39,535 nucleotides of DNA from positions 1 through 39,535 of the forward strand of contig CAZAHX010000001.1 of the NCBI GenBank assembly GCA_964485005.1, in the 5' to 3' direction. The position numbers and the translations under genes are program-made. Position 1 is the first letter of the stretch; each line of letters begins with the position of its first letter. The notes beneath the pieces were generated by a model that worked only from the letters and a program-made list of their open reading frames with translations, had not been told where the DNA came from and did not search any database. Below are positions 1 to 9,375 of the stretch, one piece after another. The stretch comes from an uncultured Acidimicrobiaceae bacterium (lineage in GTDB: Bacteria > Actinomycetota > Acidimicrobiia > Spongiisociales > ZC4RG35).

Positions 1-1203
1 CCCCAGCTGGTTTCCCGCCGACGCGAGGACAGCGTCAGCGGCGTCGGTGTCCAGCGAAATCCCCCCTGCCAGCAAGGACGTCCGCGGTAATCTCCCGAGA
101 CGGAGGTTTGCGTCGGTGATAGTGGGTTCCGTGCCGCCCGACCCATAGCACGCTGGACCCGGTTCGGCACCCGCCGACTGAGGCCCGACCCGCAACCCGC
201 CGCCTTCCACGTGGCCGATGCTCCCTCCACCGGCACCTATCGTGTGGATCGCCACGGCGGGAGCGAGCAGCGGATGTCCCTGCAACGTCGATTCCAGCTC
301 GATCTCGGCCTTCCCGGCGACCACCAAGCTCATGTCGAACGACGTTCCCCCCATATCGACACAGATAAAGCGGTCGACGTCCAGTTCTCCTCGCAGGTCC
401 GACGCGATAGCGGCCGAGGCGATTGTCCCGCCAACCGGACCGGAGAATAGTGTCTGGATCGGCTTTCCCCGCGCAATTGCTGCGGTCATCACTCCCCCAT
501 TGGACTGCATCACACGCAGTTGCCCGGTGAGACCTCGTTCAGCGAGGCGCTTCTCCAGATCTTCCAGGTAGTGCTCCACGATCGGAGCGATGTACGCGGT
601 TATCACCGTGGAGCTCGTGCGCTCGTACTCTCGCCACTCCGGCGCGACCTCGTGGGAGCAGACGATCGATAGATGAGGAGCAACCTCACGGACGAGCCCG
701 GCAACCTGCTGCTCATGAACAGGGTTGGCGTATGAGTGGAGGAAGCAGATGGCTACTGCATCGTACGAGTCCGCAAGTCCCTTGACGAGCAAGCGCACAG
801 CGGCCTCGTCGACCGGGCGTAGTTCGAAACCATCCGCACCCATCCGCTCGTCGACCTCGTACACAGACCGACGCGCGACGAGAGGTGTGGGAGGCCGGTA
901 GCGCACGTTATACATCTCCGGTCGATTGGCCCTACCCAGCTCGTAAACATCCCGGAATCCCTTGGTTGTGAGCAACGTGACCCTTGCTCCCCGTCGCTCG
1001 AGGAAGGCATTTAGACCGGCTGTGGTCCCGTGGATGACCGACTCGAGGGAGTCCCAGCTCACCCCCAGCTGCTCCAGCGCCTCGATCACCCCGTCGTGGA
1101 GACGTCCCGGGGTGGTGAGCGCCTTGGCGGCCCGGACCCGTCCGTCCGGATCGATGGCCACGGCGTCGGTGAACGTCCCGCCAATATCTACTCCTACTCG
1201 CAT
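1..1203 (-). CDS. Hydantoinase/oxoprolinase family protein, A-type subunit (HyuA/OplA-like); N-terminal 401 codons, 3' end runs off the window
   Basis: Absent from the ORF track because it is open at position 1. My translation of the minus strand from ATG 1203 reads MRVGVDIGGTFTDAVAIDPDG...KGFRDVYELGRANRPEMYN...ICFLHSYANPVHEQ...CVDMGGTSFDMSLV...IGAGGGSI, with no stop down to position 1. These are hallmark motifs of the hydantoinase A / oxoprolinase family. Confidence 0.85.
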   Translation of the reverse strand, partial: MRVGVDIGGTFTDAVAIDPDGRVRAAKALTTPGRLHDGVIEALEQLGVSWDSLESVIHGTTAGLNAFLERRGARVTLLTTKGFRDVYELGRANRPEMYNVRYRPPTPLVARRSVYEVDERMGADGFELRPVDEAAVRLLVKGLADSYDAVAICFLHSYANPVHEQQVAGLVREVAPHLSIVCSHEVAPEWREYERTSSTVITAYIAPIVEHYLEDLEKRLAERGLTGQLRVMQSNGGVMTAAIARGKPIQTLFSGPVGGTIASAAIASDLRGELDVDRFICVDMGGTSFDMSLVVAGKAEIELESTLQGHPLLAPAVAIHTIGAGGGSIGHVEGGGLRVGPQSAGAEPGPACYGSGGTEPTITDANLRLGRLPRTSLLAGGISLDTDAADAVLASAGNQLG

Positions 1204-1320
1204 CCCATCCTCACCCTCACCGGGCAGCTGCTACCTCTGTCGCGCTGTCGTGTCGTGATGCGTCCTGATGAGCAGGGCAACATGCCGATCGACCCTCCTT
1301 CGGTCGTGGCAGAGACAACG

Positions 1321-1336
1321 CGTACTGGCTAGTACT
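1321..1336. promoter_or_regulatory. Candidate operator, copy A of the 16-bp palindrome (cGTAC-TGGCTA-GTACT, 9/10 arm positions)
   Basis: Lies about 118 bp upstream of the HyuA-like ATG (1203) and about 96 bp past the tetR1 stop. Same architecture as copies B-F. Confidence 0.55.
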
Positions 1337-1431
1337 CACACAGAGCAATGTAGTACTTCTGTGATCAGGCCGACAGTGCCGCAGATGGCATGGCCTGCCA
1401 TTCAGCGAAACGGTTGCGGAAATGAACCACG

Positions 1432-2043
1432 TTAGGTGTGATCTGGCAACGCCGCGGTCGAGATCAATGAAACCATGGAGTCGATCACCTCCGGGGTAAA
1501 GGCGTGTTGGGCGATCACCGTTCGAGCGACGACTCCCGCTATCAAGCTGGCCAGAGCGAACGCATCGATCCCCGGGTCCACATCCCCCCGCGCCACGCCC
1601 CGCTCCACAACCCGCCGGATGGATCCGGACAACCGTTCGACCCACTGGGAGAACAGCTGTTGCAGTTGCGGATCGCTAACGGCAGCGCCGACGATCTCTG
1701 CCACGAGCGCAAGCGTCTTGGGGTCTCGATAGTCCCGCATCCGATGCTCGAGGATCCAGTGGACCTCCGCTCGGAACGATCCGAGATCGGGCGCCTCTAC
1801 ATCCCCGAAATGCATCCGGGCGGCATCGACGACGAGTTCTTGTTTCGACCGCCAGAAGCGGTATATGGTCGCTTTGCTCACTCGAGCTTCGGCCGCGATG
1901 TCATCGGTGGTGATAGCCGCGTATCCTCTCTCCTCCAGCAGCCGATAGGTGACATCGAGAATGGGCAACGTCATCGTCCTATCGGGATCATCCTGGCGCG
2001 TTGCGGTCCGCAAATGCGCTATCTGTTCCTGTTGTCGATCCAT
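1432..2043 (-). CDS. TetR/AcrR family transcriptional regulator (paralog 1)
   Basis: 203-aa ORF starting at ATG 2043. The N-terminal HTH LLEERGYAAITTDDIAAEARVSKATIYRFWRSKQELV is typical of TetR. It aligns over its full length with the TetR at 9941-10579. Confidence 0.9.
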   Translation of the reverse strand: MDRQQEQIAHLRTATRQDDPDRTMTLPILDVTYRLLEERGYAAITTDDIAAEARVSKATIYRFWRSKQELVVDAARMHFGDVEAPDLGSFRAEVHWILEHRMRDYRDPKTLALVAEIVGAAVSDPQLQQLFSQWVERLSGSIRRVVERGVARGDVDPGIDAFALASLIAGVVARTVIAQHAFTPEVIDSMVSLISTAALPDHT

Positions 2044-2205
2044 GCAGAATGCACCCTAGCCCTCGCCGGATTCGTAGTGACATGGTGGCCGTTTCTCTGT
2101 CGCCATCGCCGACTCACGTTCATCGAACCGACCAGCTTGACCGCGAATCTCGATCGACACGAGCTCCCTATGGTTCGTATCGACCGGAAGTAGGTGAGGA
2201 GCAGG

Positions 2206-3198
2206 ATGACATCTGAACACAATATGGAAGGATGGGGATTGTGCTTCGGCCCCGCATGGCAGACCTCGATTGCCGAGCTCATTACTCCTGCACGAGCAGC
2301 AGAGAATGCCGGATTCGATCGCGTCGCGACCGGTGAGTTCCGTAGCGATGCACTCGTATGGATGGCAGCACTGGCCGGAGCAACCCGATCGATCCCGGTA
2401 GCAACAACGATTGCAAGTATCGCCCTTCGCCATCCAACCGTCGTGGGCGAAGCGGTCGCTGCGCTCCGTGATCTCCACGGCGACCGTATCCAACTGGGAC
2501 TCGGCGTCAGCCACCCGAGCCTGGTCACCGATGACCTCGGCGTTGCCCAACCCACTCTCGACGACCTAGAGAACTACGTTGCGGCAGTCAGGGGAGTTCT
2601 CGAGGGAAGGGCATGGCGCGGTGGTGCATACCGTGTTCCCGCTCACGCCCGTAACCGCATCACCGCGTCCAGCGCTCCGATCCGCGTCTCCGTGCTGGGC
2701 GAGGTCGCAGCCAGGCGAGCAGCTCGTTACGCCGACGGCATCATCCTAACCTGGTCGCCGGTGACCTGGACGAGCCGGATCGTCACTGCGGTCCGCGAAG
2801 TGGACGCGGAAACCGGCCACAAAACCGACGTGTTGGTCGTGCTTCCAACTCTACCGAATAAAGACATCGCGGTAGCGCTGACAGCATGTGCCCGCCACCT
2901 TCGGCCATACCTGTCGCTGCCGTCGTATCGTCGAATGCTCGAGGCCGCCACGGGGGACCCGGAGACGGTCGCGAGTGCGGTTTCGCGAGAAATCGACGAC
3001 CAGCGGGCTGCCGATATCTTGGGACGAGAACTGATAGAAAGCGTCGCGGGAGTGGGCGATCGAGATTCAGTACTGGAAGCCATTCGATCGTCTCGAGAGG
3101 TTGGAGCCGACGGCATCCTTCTCTATCCGCTCGATACTGGCTCGGGCTGGAAGGAGGCTGTGAACACCACCATCACCCGATATGCGCCGAGCAACTAG
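2206..3198 (+). CDS. Luciferase-like monooxygenase (LLM) family oxidoreductase, possibly F420- or flavin-dependent
   Basis: The ORF spans 2194-3198. I prefer ATG 2206 because GAGGAG (2196-2201) lies 4 nt upstream. LLM-type sequence: AENAGFDRVATGEF...IQLGLGVSHP...GADGILLYP. Confidence 0.8.
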   Translation: MTSEHNMEGWGLCFGPAWQTSIAELITPARAAENAGFDRVATGEFRSDALVWMAALAGATRSIPVATTIASIALRHPTVVGEAVAALRDLHGDRIQLGLGVSHPSLVTDDLGVAQPTLDDLENYVAAVRGVLEGRAWRGGAYRVPAHARNRITASSAPIRVSVLGEVAARRAARYADGIILTWSPVTWTSRIVTAVREVDAETGHKTDVLVVLPTLPNKDIAVALTACARHLRPYLSLPSYRRMLEAATGDPETVASAVSREIDDQRAADILGRELIESVAGVGDRDSVLEAIRSSREVGADGILLYPLDTGSGWKEAVNTTITRYAPSN

Positions 3199-3393
3199 TG
3201 TCACGAGTCGCAATTCATGTACAGAATTTGCCCGGCTATCTATGCCCTTGACGCGTCTTCGTTCCCCGGCGAGCTGTCGAGCGTACCTTCGTCCTGCGTG
3301 GTGGTCAGATGACGTCGAGCAGCTCGGAGAGATCAGCACGGACTCAGGACACCAGATAAGGCGACGCAGTCAATTCGGCTCGTTCGCGGGGAC

Positions 3394-3792
3394 TCAACCC
3401 GTTCGACGCGCTACCGCATCTATCTGAACCTGCGCCCCCTTCCAGAGGAATGCCACACCAAAACTCGTGCGAGCCGGATGCGGCGTCGGGAATCGCTCTC
3501 CGTAGATGCCATTCATGGCATCGAGGTCAACCTCGTCAACGAATTGGACGGATGTCCGGACCACATCATTCAGTGAGAGATCGACCTCCTCGAGGATCCG
3601 CTCCAGATTGGTGATCGCCTGGTGGAACTCGGCGACAAACCCACCCTCGACGATATCACCCGTACCCGGATCCCTTCCGATCTGACCAGTGATCCACACG
3701 TGATCTCCGTCGATTCGCAGGTGCGGATATGGCCCTCGTGGGTCCGGCGCCCGGTTGCTGGTGAAGGCGACTCGATCCTCACTCGGTTCCAT
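3394..3792 (-). CDS. RidA/YjgF/TdcF family reactive-intermediate (enamine/imine) deaminase-like protein
   Basis: The ORF extends up to 3927. The internal ATG at 3792 is preceded by GAGAGGAAA and gives a 132-aa protein of typical RidA size. Motifs: GPYPHLRIDGDHVWITGQIGRDPGTGDIV...ARTSFGVAFLWKGAQVQIDAVA. Confidence 0.85.
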   Translation of the reverse strand: MEPSEDRVAFTSNRAPDPRGPYPHLRIDGDHVWITGQIGRDPGTGDIVEGGFVAEFHQAITNLERILEEVDLSLNDVVRTSVQFVDEVDLDAMNGIYGERFPTPHPARTSFGVAFLWKGAQVQIDAVARRTG

Positions 3793-4024
3793 TTTCCTCT
3801 CGATCCTGAATGCTGGTTCGGACCAATCTACCACTGCTGCATCCTGAAATCGCTCTCCGGCTAAACAAAGGATCTTCCTCGAGGGGACGGTCACACCGCG
3901 AAACATTTCCCAGCGTACTCGGACCATGACGTGTAATGAGCACTACGACTGTGCAAGCCGATGACTACTGTGCTTGACGATGGCATGATGAGATTTCGCC
4001 CTATCCGAAGGGAGCAATCGAACG

Positions 4025-4504
4025 ATGATCGATACGAAGCGCTTTCCTGACCCACGGGTCGATCAGCTCCTGGATCGATGGAGAATCACGGAGGTCCTCA
4101 ACGCCTACGCCTTTCACTTTGACCGCAACGAGCCCCAGAAGGTGGGTGAATTGTTCACCATCGATGCGGTGATCGACTACGGCCCCGAGATGGAGCAGAT
4201 AAGAGGCAATGAGGCTCTTATCTCCGTGATCACTCGAGGATTGGAAGAGATATTCGCCGCCACGAGTCACCACATCAGCAACGTGTCCGTTCGCTTCACC
4301 GATCAACGCTCCGCTGATGCCATCGCCTATCTGTATGCGTGGCATCGCTACCTCGACGGATCACCAGACGGCTACCTGTGGGGTCAGTATCACACCCGGC
4401 TGCGTCTTACAGACGACGGATGGAAGCTCACGCACATGACCCTCAAGGTCGCCGGCTCCGCCGACTTCCACCGAGAGTCGATGCATCCGATCGGCCGCCG
4501 CTAA
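4025..4504 (+). CDS. SnoaL-like / NTF2-fold domain protein, function unknown
   Basis: 159-aa ORF with ATG 4025 preceded by GAAGGGAG (4007-4014). The pattern RITEVLNAYAFHFDRNE...SHHISNVSV...GWKLTHMTL fits the SnoaL_4/NTF2-like fold. Confidence 0.65.
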   Translation: MIDTKRFPDPRVDQLLDRWRITEVLNAYAFHFDRNEPQKVGELFTIDAVIDYGPEMEQIRGNEALISVITRGLEEIFAATSHHISNVSVRFTDQRSADAIAYLYAWHRYLDGSPDGYLWGQYHTRLRLTDDGWKLTHMTLKVAGSADFHRESMHPIGRR

Positions 4505-4585
4505 ACACAGTGCTGTTCTTGCCGATCGCGAAACTCGCTTGGCGTACGGAGGGCCGTGCAGTCGACGGTCGACAGCCGAACCCAG

Positions 4586-5689
4586 TCAGCCGTTTGCACT
4601 GAACAGCGGCTGCCCCAACTCCGCCTCGTCTACTTCGACTCCCATGCCGGGACGCTGCGGCGCCCGGATGCGTCCGCCCTGCCGCCGCGGCGCTCCCTCG
4701 CCGTAGCTTCGGGTGATGTACCCGTTCAGGTCCGTGGACGCCAGACGCAGGCGTTCGAGGGTGGAATGGGCGAGGTGACTTACGGCGGCCGTGACGAGGT
4801 CACCACCGCAGGCGTCCTCGATGATCATCGCAATGCCCAGCTCGGCGCACACGTCCCGGATCCTCATCGCCTTGGTGAGGCCGCCGTATTTGCTGACCTT
4901 GATGTTGATGGCGTCCATGGCGTCGTCGCCGTGGGCGCGGATCAGGGCTCTGAGACTGTCGATCGACTCGTCCAGGATGAACGGTAGCCCGGTCCGTCGC
5001 CGCACCGACAGGCACTCCTCGTAGGACGCACACGGTTGCTCTACGTACACATCCAGCTCACCGAGCGCCGACACGACACGGACTGCCTCGTGGGTGAGCC
5101 AGCCCTTGTTGGCGTCGGCTATCACCGAGTCGCCCGGGCGCAACACATCAACAACCGCCCTGACCCGGTCCACATCGGCCTCGAAACCTTCCCCCACCTT
5201 CAGCTGGAAGCGCCTGTACCCCTCCTCCTGATAGCTCCGGACACGTTCTGCCATCACCTCGGAGGTGTCCTGGGACACCGCCCGGTACAGGTCGACGGCC
5301 TCCCCATCGACACCGCCCATCAGCGTCGACACCGGGGTCCCGGCCACCTGTCCGAGGATGTCCCAACAGGCCATGTCGAGTGCCGACTTGGCGTAAGGGT
5401 GACCGTTGAGCACGGCATCCATCCTCATGTTGATGCCGGACAGCCGTGTGGGGTCCATGCCGATGAGATGGCGTGCCAGGTGCCCAATGCCGGTTCGAGC
5501 TCCTTCTGCGTATGCGGGCAGGTAGGCGGGGCCCAGGGGGCAGACCTCCCCCCAGCCGCTGATGTCGTCGGTGGTGTCGATGCGGACGATCGTGCTGTCG
5601 AAGGCCGGCAAGACCCCTCCCGACCAGCGGAAAGTGCCCTCGGCCAGAGGGAGATCCATCTGCCACGCCGAGATCCGCGAGATCTTCAC
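4586..5689 (-). CDS. Enolase-superfamily enzyme, mandelate racemase/muconate lactonizing enzyme family (MLE subgroup-like)
   Basis: 367 aa, GTG start at 5689. Motifs: KxK in RRFQLKVGEG, metal ligands DANKGW / VEQPC / LDESI, and a second catalytic Lys context INIKVSKYGG. Confidence 0.85.
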   Translation of the reverse strand: MKISRISAWQMDLPLAEGTFRWSGGVLPAFDSTIVRIDTTDDISGWGEVCPLGPAYLPAYAEGARTGIGHLARHLIGMDPTRLSGINMRMDAVLNGHPYAKSALDMACWDILGQVAGTPVSTLMGGVDGEAVDLYRAVSQDTSEVMAERVRSYQEEGYRRFQLKVGEGFEADVDRVRAVVDVLRPGDSVIADANKGWLTHEAVRVVSALGELDVYVEQPCASYEECLSVRRRTGLPFILDESIDSLRALIRAHGDDAMDAINIKVSKYGGLTKAMRIRDVCAELGIAMIIEDACGGDLVTAAVSHLAHSTLERLRLASTDLNGYITRSYGEGAPRRQGGRIRAPQRPGMGVEVDEAELGQPLFSANG

Positions 5690-5723
5690 GTCGACCAGGT
5701 GCCCGCTGTGGCCATGGATCTAC

Positions 5724-5739
5724 AGTACCAGCTAGTACT
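5724..5739. promoter_or_regulatory. Candidate operator, copy B (AGTAC-CAGCTA-GTACT, perfect arms)
   Basis: Sits in the centre of the 71-bp divergent spacer between the enolase-superfamily gene (start 5689) and the SDR gene (start 5761). Confidence 0.6.
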
Positions 5740-5760
5740 TAGCCGACTCCGGGAGGCACC

Positions 5761-6492
5761 ATGGACGACAACCGAGTGAGTCTCGTCACCGGAGCAGGCT
5801 CGGGAATCGGGGCCGCCACCGCCGCCGCCCTGGCGCAAAGGGGCGACGCTGTCGTCTGTGCCGACCTCGACCTGGAGCGGGTCGAGAACGTGGCGGCGGG
5901 TCTCCCCGGGGCGCTCCCGGTCGGGGTCGACGTGGCAGACGAGGCACAGTGCGAGGCCATGCTCGAGAAGACCATCGCGACATTCGGACGGCTCGACGCC
6001 GTGGTGACCTGCGCCGGCATCGAGGTGGCCTCCCCCGCCCTCGACCTCGACCTCGACACGTTTCGCCGGGTATTGGACGTCAATCTAGTGGGCAGCTTCC
6101 TCACCGCCCAGCTCGGCGCCCGACACATGGTCGACCGGGGCGGCTCCATCGTCCTGATCGGCTCGCTCATGTCCCAACAGGCCCTGCCAGGATCGGCGGC
6201 CTACTCCGCCTCCAAGGGCGGCGTGTTGATGCTGGGCCGGGCGCTGGCGGTGGACCTCGCCCAGTACGGGATCCGGGTCAACGTGATCGGCCCCGGCGTC
6301 GCCGACACACCCATGAGCGCCGCCTCCCTGTCGGATCCGGAGCGGCGGCGAGCCCTCATGGACCGGGTCCCGCTGAAGCGACCCGCCGGCCCCGAGGAGA
6401 TTGCGGCGGTGGCGGCCTTCCTCACCTCCGACGAGGCCGGTTATGTGACGGGCGCCTTCGTCCCCGTCGACGGAGGCTGGCTGGCCGGTTGA
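5761..6492 (+). CDS. Short-chain dehydrogenase/reductase (SDR) family oxidoreductase
   Basis: 243 aa. GGGAGG lies upstream of ATG 5761. Motifs: TGAGSGIGAATA cofactor loop and YSASKGGV catalytic Tyr/Lys. Confidence 0.9.
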   Translation: MDDNRVSLVTGAGSGIGAATAAALAQRGDAVVCADLDLERVENVAAGLPGALPVGVDVADEAQCEAMLEKTIATFGRLDAVVTCAGIEVASPALDLDLDTFRRVLDVNLVGSFLTAQLGARHMVDRGGSIVLIGSLMSQQALPGSAAYSASKGGVLMLGRALAVDLAQYGIRVNVIGPGVADTPMSAASLSDPERRRALMDRVPLKRPAGPEEIAAVAAFLTSDEAGYVTGAFVPVDGGWLAG

Positions 6493-6498
6493 GAGTCC

Positions 6499-7578
6499 TC
6501 AGCCGGCGACGGGCGCCCCCACCTCGACGACGTGGCGCTTGCCACCGGTGCCGTGCTCGGCGATGTCGGCCAGCACCTCGGGGACGTCCTCCAGCTTGTA
6601 TGTGTCCCCGGCGAAGGAGGTGAGGTCGAGGCCGCCGGAGAGATAGATGGAGTTGCCGATCCGGAAGTCTCTCCTGGTGAAGCCGAACGTCGTCACCAGC
6701 CGGACTTCCCGGCGGACGAACTCACCGAGGTAATCCTGGAAGTCGATGGAGGTGGGCCCGTCGGTGATCCCCATGAGCAGGGCGGTACCTCCGGGCCGGA
6801 CGGCCCGTATGGTGGCGTCGAGGCTGGACGGGTGGCCGGCCGTCTCGAAGGCGAGATCCACTCCGTGCGGCGCCCCGGCCAGGTGGCGGACCTCCTCGGA
6901 CACCTCGTCGGGTGTCAGCGCCGCCACGTTCAAGAGCTCGTCTGCCCACGACGACACCGTCTGGAGTTGGTCGTCGCTCACGTCCGTGGCGATCACCGTG
7001 GTGGCCCCGAATGCCCGCACCACCTGGCTGACGGTGGCGCCGATGCTCCCCACTCCGCTCACCAGCACCCGGTCGCCGGCGGACACCCCCGAGCGGGTCA
7101 CGGCGTGCACCGCCGCCGGCAAGGCGGAGCCGAGCATCACCGCCTCGGAGATCGGGACGTCGTTGGGCAGGGGGAACATGTTCGCCTCCGGCACGGCGAC
7201 GTAGTCGGCGAACCCGCCGTCGAGGTCGATGCCCAGGTGGCGCATCCACGGGCAGATGCTCTCCTCTCCCCGCATACACCACTCGCAGATGCCGCACCCG
7301 ACCACGGCGTCGACCACCACCAGCGTGCCGGGCTTCGGGCTGGCCGGGGAAGACGTCTCTATGACCTCCCCGACGATCTCGTGGCCGAGGATGCGAGGGA
7401 GCCCGGCCGTGTCCAGCATCCCCTTCAGCATCTGGCTGTGGAAGAGTCCCACTGCCGAGCCGACCACCCGCACCGTGCCCCAACCAGGACCGGGCCGGGG
7501 CGCAGGCACCTCGTCGATCACGATGGATCCGACGTCCGTCATGAGCAGTGCCCGCATCTCGGCCGGGATGGTGGTCAC
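6499..7578 (-). CDS. Zinc-binding medium-chain alcohol dehydrogenase family protein
   Basis: 359 aa with GHEIVGEVIE and CGICEWCMRGEESIC zinc motifs and GVGSIG in the Rossmann fold. The start is uncertain: GTG 7578, or ATG 7557 which would give MRALLMTD. Confidence 0.9.
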   Translation of the reverse strand: MTTIPAEMRALLMTDVGSIVIDEVPAPRPGPGWGTVRVVGSAVGLFHSQMLKGMLDTAGLPRILGHEIVGEVIETSSPASPKPGTLVVVDAVVGCGICEWCMRGEESICPWMRHLGIDLDGGFADYVAVPEANMFPLPNDVPISEAVMLGSALPAAVHAVTRSGVSAGDRVLVSGVGSIGATVSQVVRAFGATTVIATDVSDDQLQTVSSWADELLNVAALTPDEVSEEVRHLAGAPHGVDLAFETAGHPSSLDATIRAVRPGGTALLMGITDGPTSIDFQDYLGEFVRREVRLVTTFGFTRRDFRIGNSIYLSGGLDLTSFAGDTYKLEDVPEVLADIAEHGTGGKRHVVEVGAPVAG

Positions 7579-7645
7579 AGCCGACTCACGGGAGGCAACT
7601 CAGGATCGCGATGGGCACGCCAAAACGATCCACATCGATGCGGTG

Positions 7646-8329
7646 CTATTCGATGATGTCGTCGGAATCCAGTTCCCAAATCAGTTCCGTATACAGGTCG
7701 CCTGCGGGAACCCAATGCCGCCGGGAATACTTGACCCTGGGGTTGTAGGCATGGACGATGAATTCGTCCAGGTCGCAATAGTTGGCCGAGTACTCGACAT
7801 CGGGCGCATTATCCCGGAGATAGTCGCCGATGGGGCAATTGAGCCGCAGCACGTACTTGACCATGTTGTCGTCTTGGTCGTAGTAGCGCTCGGTGTCGAC
7901 CTTGGGCGACCACTGGAAGTAGGACCAGAACTCCTCGAAGAAGTTGCCGAGACTGAGCGCCTTCCCCTTCGCCCGGACACGCTCGGCCATGCGGCGACCC
8001 ATGTCCTCACCCTGCCGTTTCCGGGCTCGGGCCACGGCCTCCCGGCCATCTTCTGCTCCTAGCTCGGTCTCCATGGCGTCGGCGAGGACCGAGAAGATCT
8101 TGGTCTTGGCGTGGAATTCCGGCTCGTTCCTGTCCCATCCCTGCTGGACCGGATCATCAGCCGCCACCTCCCGATACTTCTCGAGATAGCGCCGCTGGCC
8201 CTCCGGGTCGGACTTGACCTTGGTGCGAGCGTACCTGTCTCCGGGCACGTCCTCGACCGCATCGGCCAGTTCCTTCAGCTCGGGATGGTTCACCTCCACA
8301 CGAGCGTATTCCTGCACCTCGGACCTCAC
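7646..8329 (-). CDS. Hypothetical protein, possibly L-2-amino-thiazoline-4-carboxylate (ATC) hydrolase-like
   Basis: 227-aa ORF with coding-like composition and a GTG start at 8329. The C-terminal NYCDLDEFIVHAYNPRVKYSRR resembles the CDLD region I recall from the ATC_hydrolase family. That family assignment is from memory only and is weak. Confidence 0.45.
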   Translation of the reverse strand: MRSEVQEYARVEVNHPELKELADAVEDVPGDRYARTKVKSDPEGQRRYLEKYREVAADDPVQQGWDRNEPEFHAKTKIFSVLADAMETELGAEDGREAVARARKRQGEDMGRRMAERVRAKGKALSLGNFFEEFWSYFQWSPKVDTERYYDQDDNMVKYVLRLNCPIGDYLRDNAPDVEYSANYCDLDEFIVHAYNPRVKYSRRHWVPAGDLYTELIWELDSDDIIE

Positions 8330-8361
8330 TTTCGCACGCTGTTCTGGCTGCCAACGACTCT

Positions 8362-8377
8362 AGTACTAGTGAGTACT
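8362..8377. promoter_or_regulatory. Candidate operator, copy C (AGTAC-TAGTGA-GTACT, perfect arms)
   Basis: About 32 bp upstream of GTG 8329. A minus-strand TAGAGT hexamer (8357-8362) abuts it. Confidence 0.6.
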
Positions 8378-8418
8378 GAAGGACACCCCTGACCCAAGTC
8401 CCTCGCCCGGCAGAGGAT

Positions 8419-9363
8419 TCACGCCGGTCCGGGGCGATCCTGACCAACGGCAGCGACCGCCACCGGCAATGGACGACGGCGGGACAAGGCGATGGCTGCC
8501 ACTCCCCCGAAGACCAACAGCAGACCGAGGGCCTGAGTTGGCGAGAACGTCTCGCCGAAGATCATGTAGGCCCAAAGCACGGTTGCGGCCGGCTCCATCA
8601 CCAGCAGGATCGACGATTGCCACGCCTCTACCCGCGCCAGGTTCGAGGAGATCACCAGCCAGCCCAGCACCTGGGCGCCGAGCGCGAGGGCCAGCAGCCA
8701 CCCGTGGGCCGGCCAGGAGGGCGCCAGCGTGAATCGGGGGTCGAGGGGCACTAGAAGGAGGCTACCCACCACCGCCCCTACCGTGGCATCCCTCAGCGTT
8801 CCGACCGGCGCCGACCCCGAGACTCCGGCGTGGCGCAGCAACAACAGGAAGGCTACGTAACAGGTCGCCATCAGTATCCCGAACAACACGCCCCGGACCG
8901 GATCGGCACCCTGAGGTTGGACACCCACGACACCGGAGATGAGGACCACCCCCACCATCACCACTGGGGCGGTGGCGATGCCCAGCCGCGAGGGCCGCTG
9001 GCCCAGCAGCAGCCATCCCACCGCCATCATGATCACCACGTGGGTGCTGCCCACGACCGTGGCCAGGCCGGCGCCCATCAGCTCGATGGCGGCATGCCAG
9101 GCGGCGTGGTTTCCGGCGAGGATCAGCCCGGCGGCATAGGCGATGAGCCGTTGGCGTCGCGGCCGGGGCGGGTTGCGCCCGAAGGCGTCGAGCACGAAGA
9201 GGACGGGAACGGCGTAAACGGCCCTGAAGAAAGCCACCGTGACCGGGGAGGACTCGGCCAGACGCACGAAGATGGCGCTGAACGACACCACCATGACCCC
9301 GAAGCCGAGGTACAGCCGGACCGCCAGATCGCTTCGACCGGCGCCGGTGAGGGGCTCAGCCAA
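8419..9363 (-). CDS. EamA/DMT-superfamily transporter (10-TM type)
   Basis: 314 aa, hydrophobic throughout, with the two-repeat EamA-like pattern. It follows the VOC gene after a 12-nt gap. The TTG start at 9363 is uncertain. Confidence 0.8.
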   Translation of the reverse strand: MAEPLTGAGRSDLAVRLYLGFGVMVVSFSAIFVRLAESSPVTVAFFRAVYAVPVLFVLDAFGRNPPRPRRQRLIAYAAGLILAGNHAAWHAAIELMGAGLATVVGSTHVVIMMAVGWLLLGQRPSRLGIATAPVVMVGVVLISGVVGVQPQGADPVRGVLFGILMATCYVAFLLLLRHAGVSGSAPVGTLRDATVGAVVGSLLLVPLDPRFTLAPSWPAHGWLLALALGAQVLGWLVISSNLARVEAWQSSILLVMEPAATVLWAYMIFGETFSPTQALGLLLVFGGVAAIALSRRRPLPVAVAAVGQDRPGPA

Positions 9364-9375
9364 GTGGGAGCGGTC

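Noticed and set aside
1432-3792. The TetR + LLM monooxygenase + RidA neighbourhood resembles RutR/RutA/RutC of the Rut pyrimidine pathway
   Set aside because: The genes are not in one operon: there is a divergent pair and then a convergent pair. The LLM is a short Rv2161c/F420-like type and does not look like RutA. No RutB/D/E/F/G equivalents are adjacent. The similarity is at superfamily level only.
4540-4580. GTCGAC-G-GTCGAC repeat between the convergent SnoaL-like and enolase-superfamily genes, considered as a terminator
   Set aside because: It is a short direct/palindromic SalI-type word with no extended stem or U tract. That is insufficient to call a terminator.
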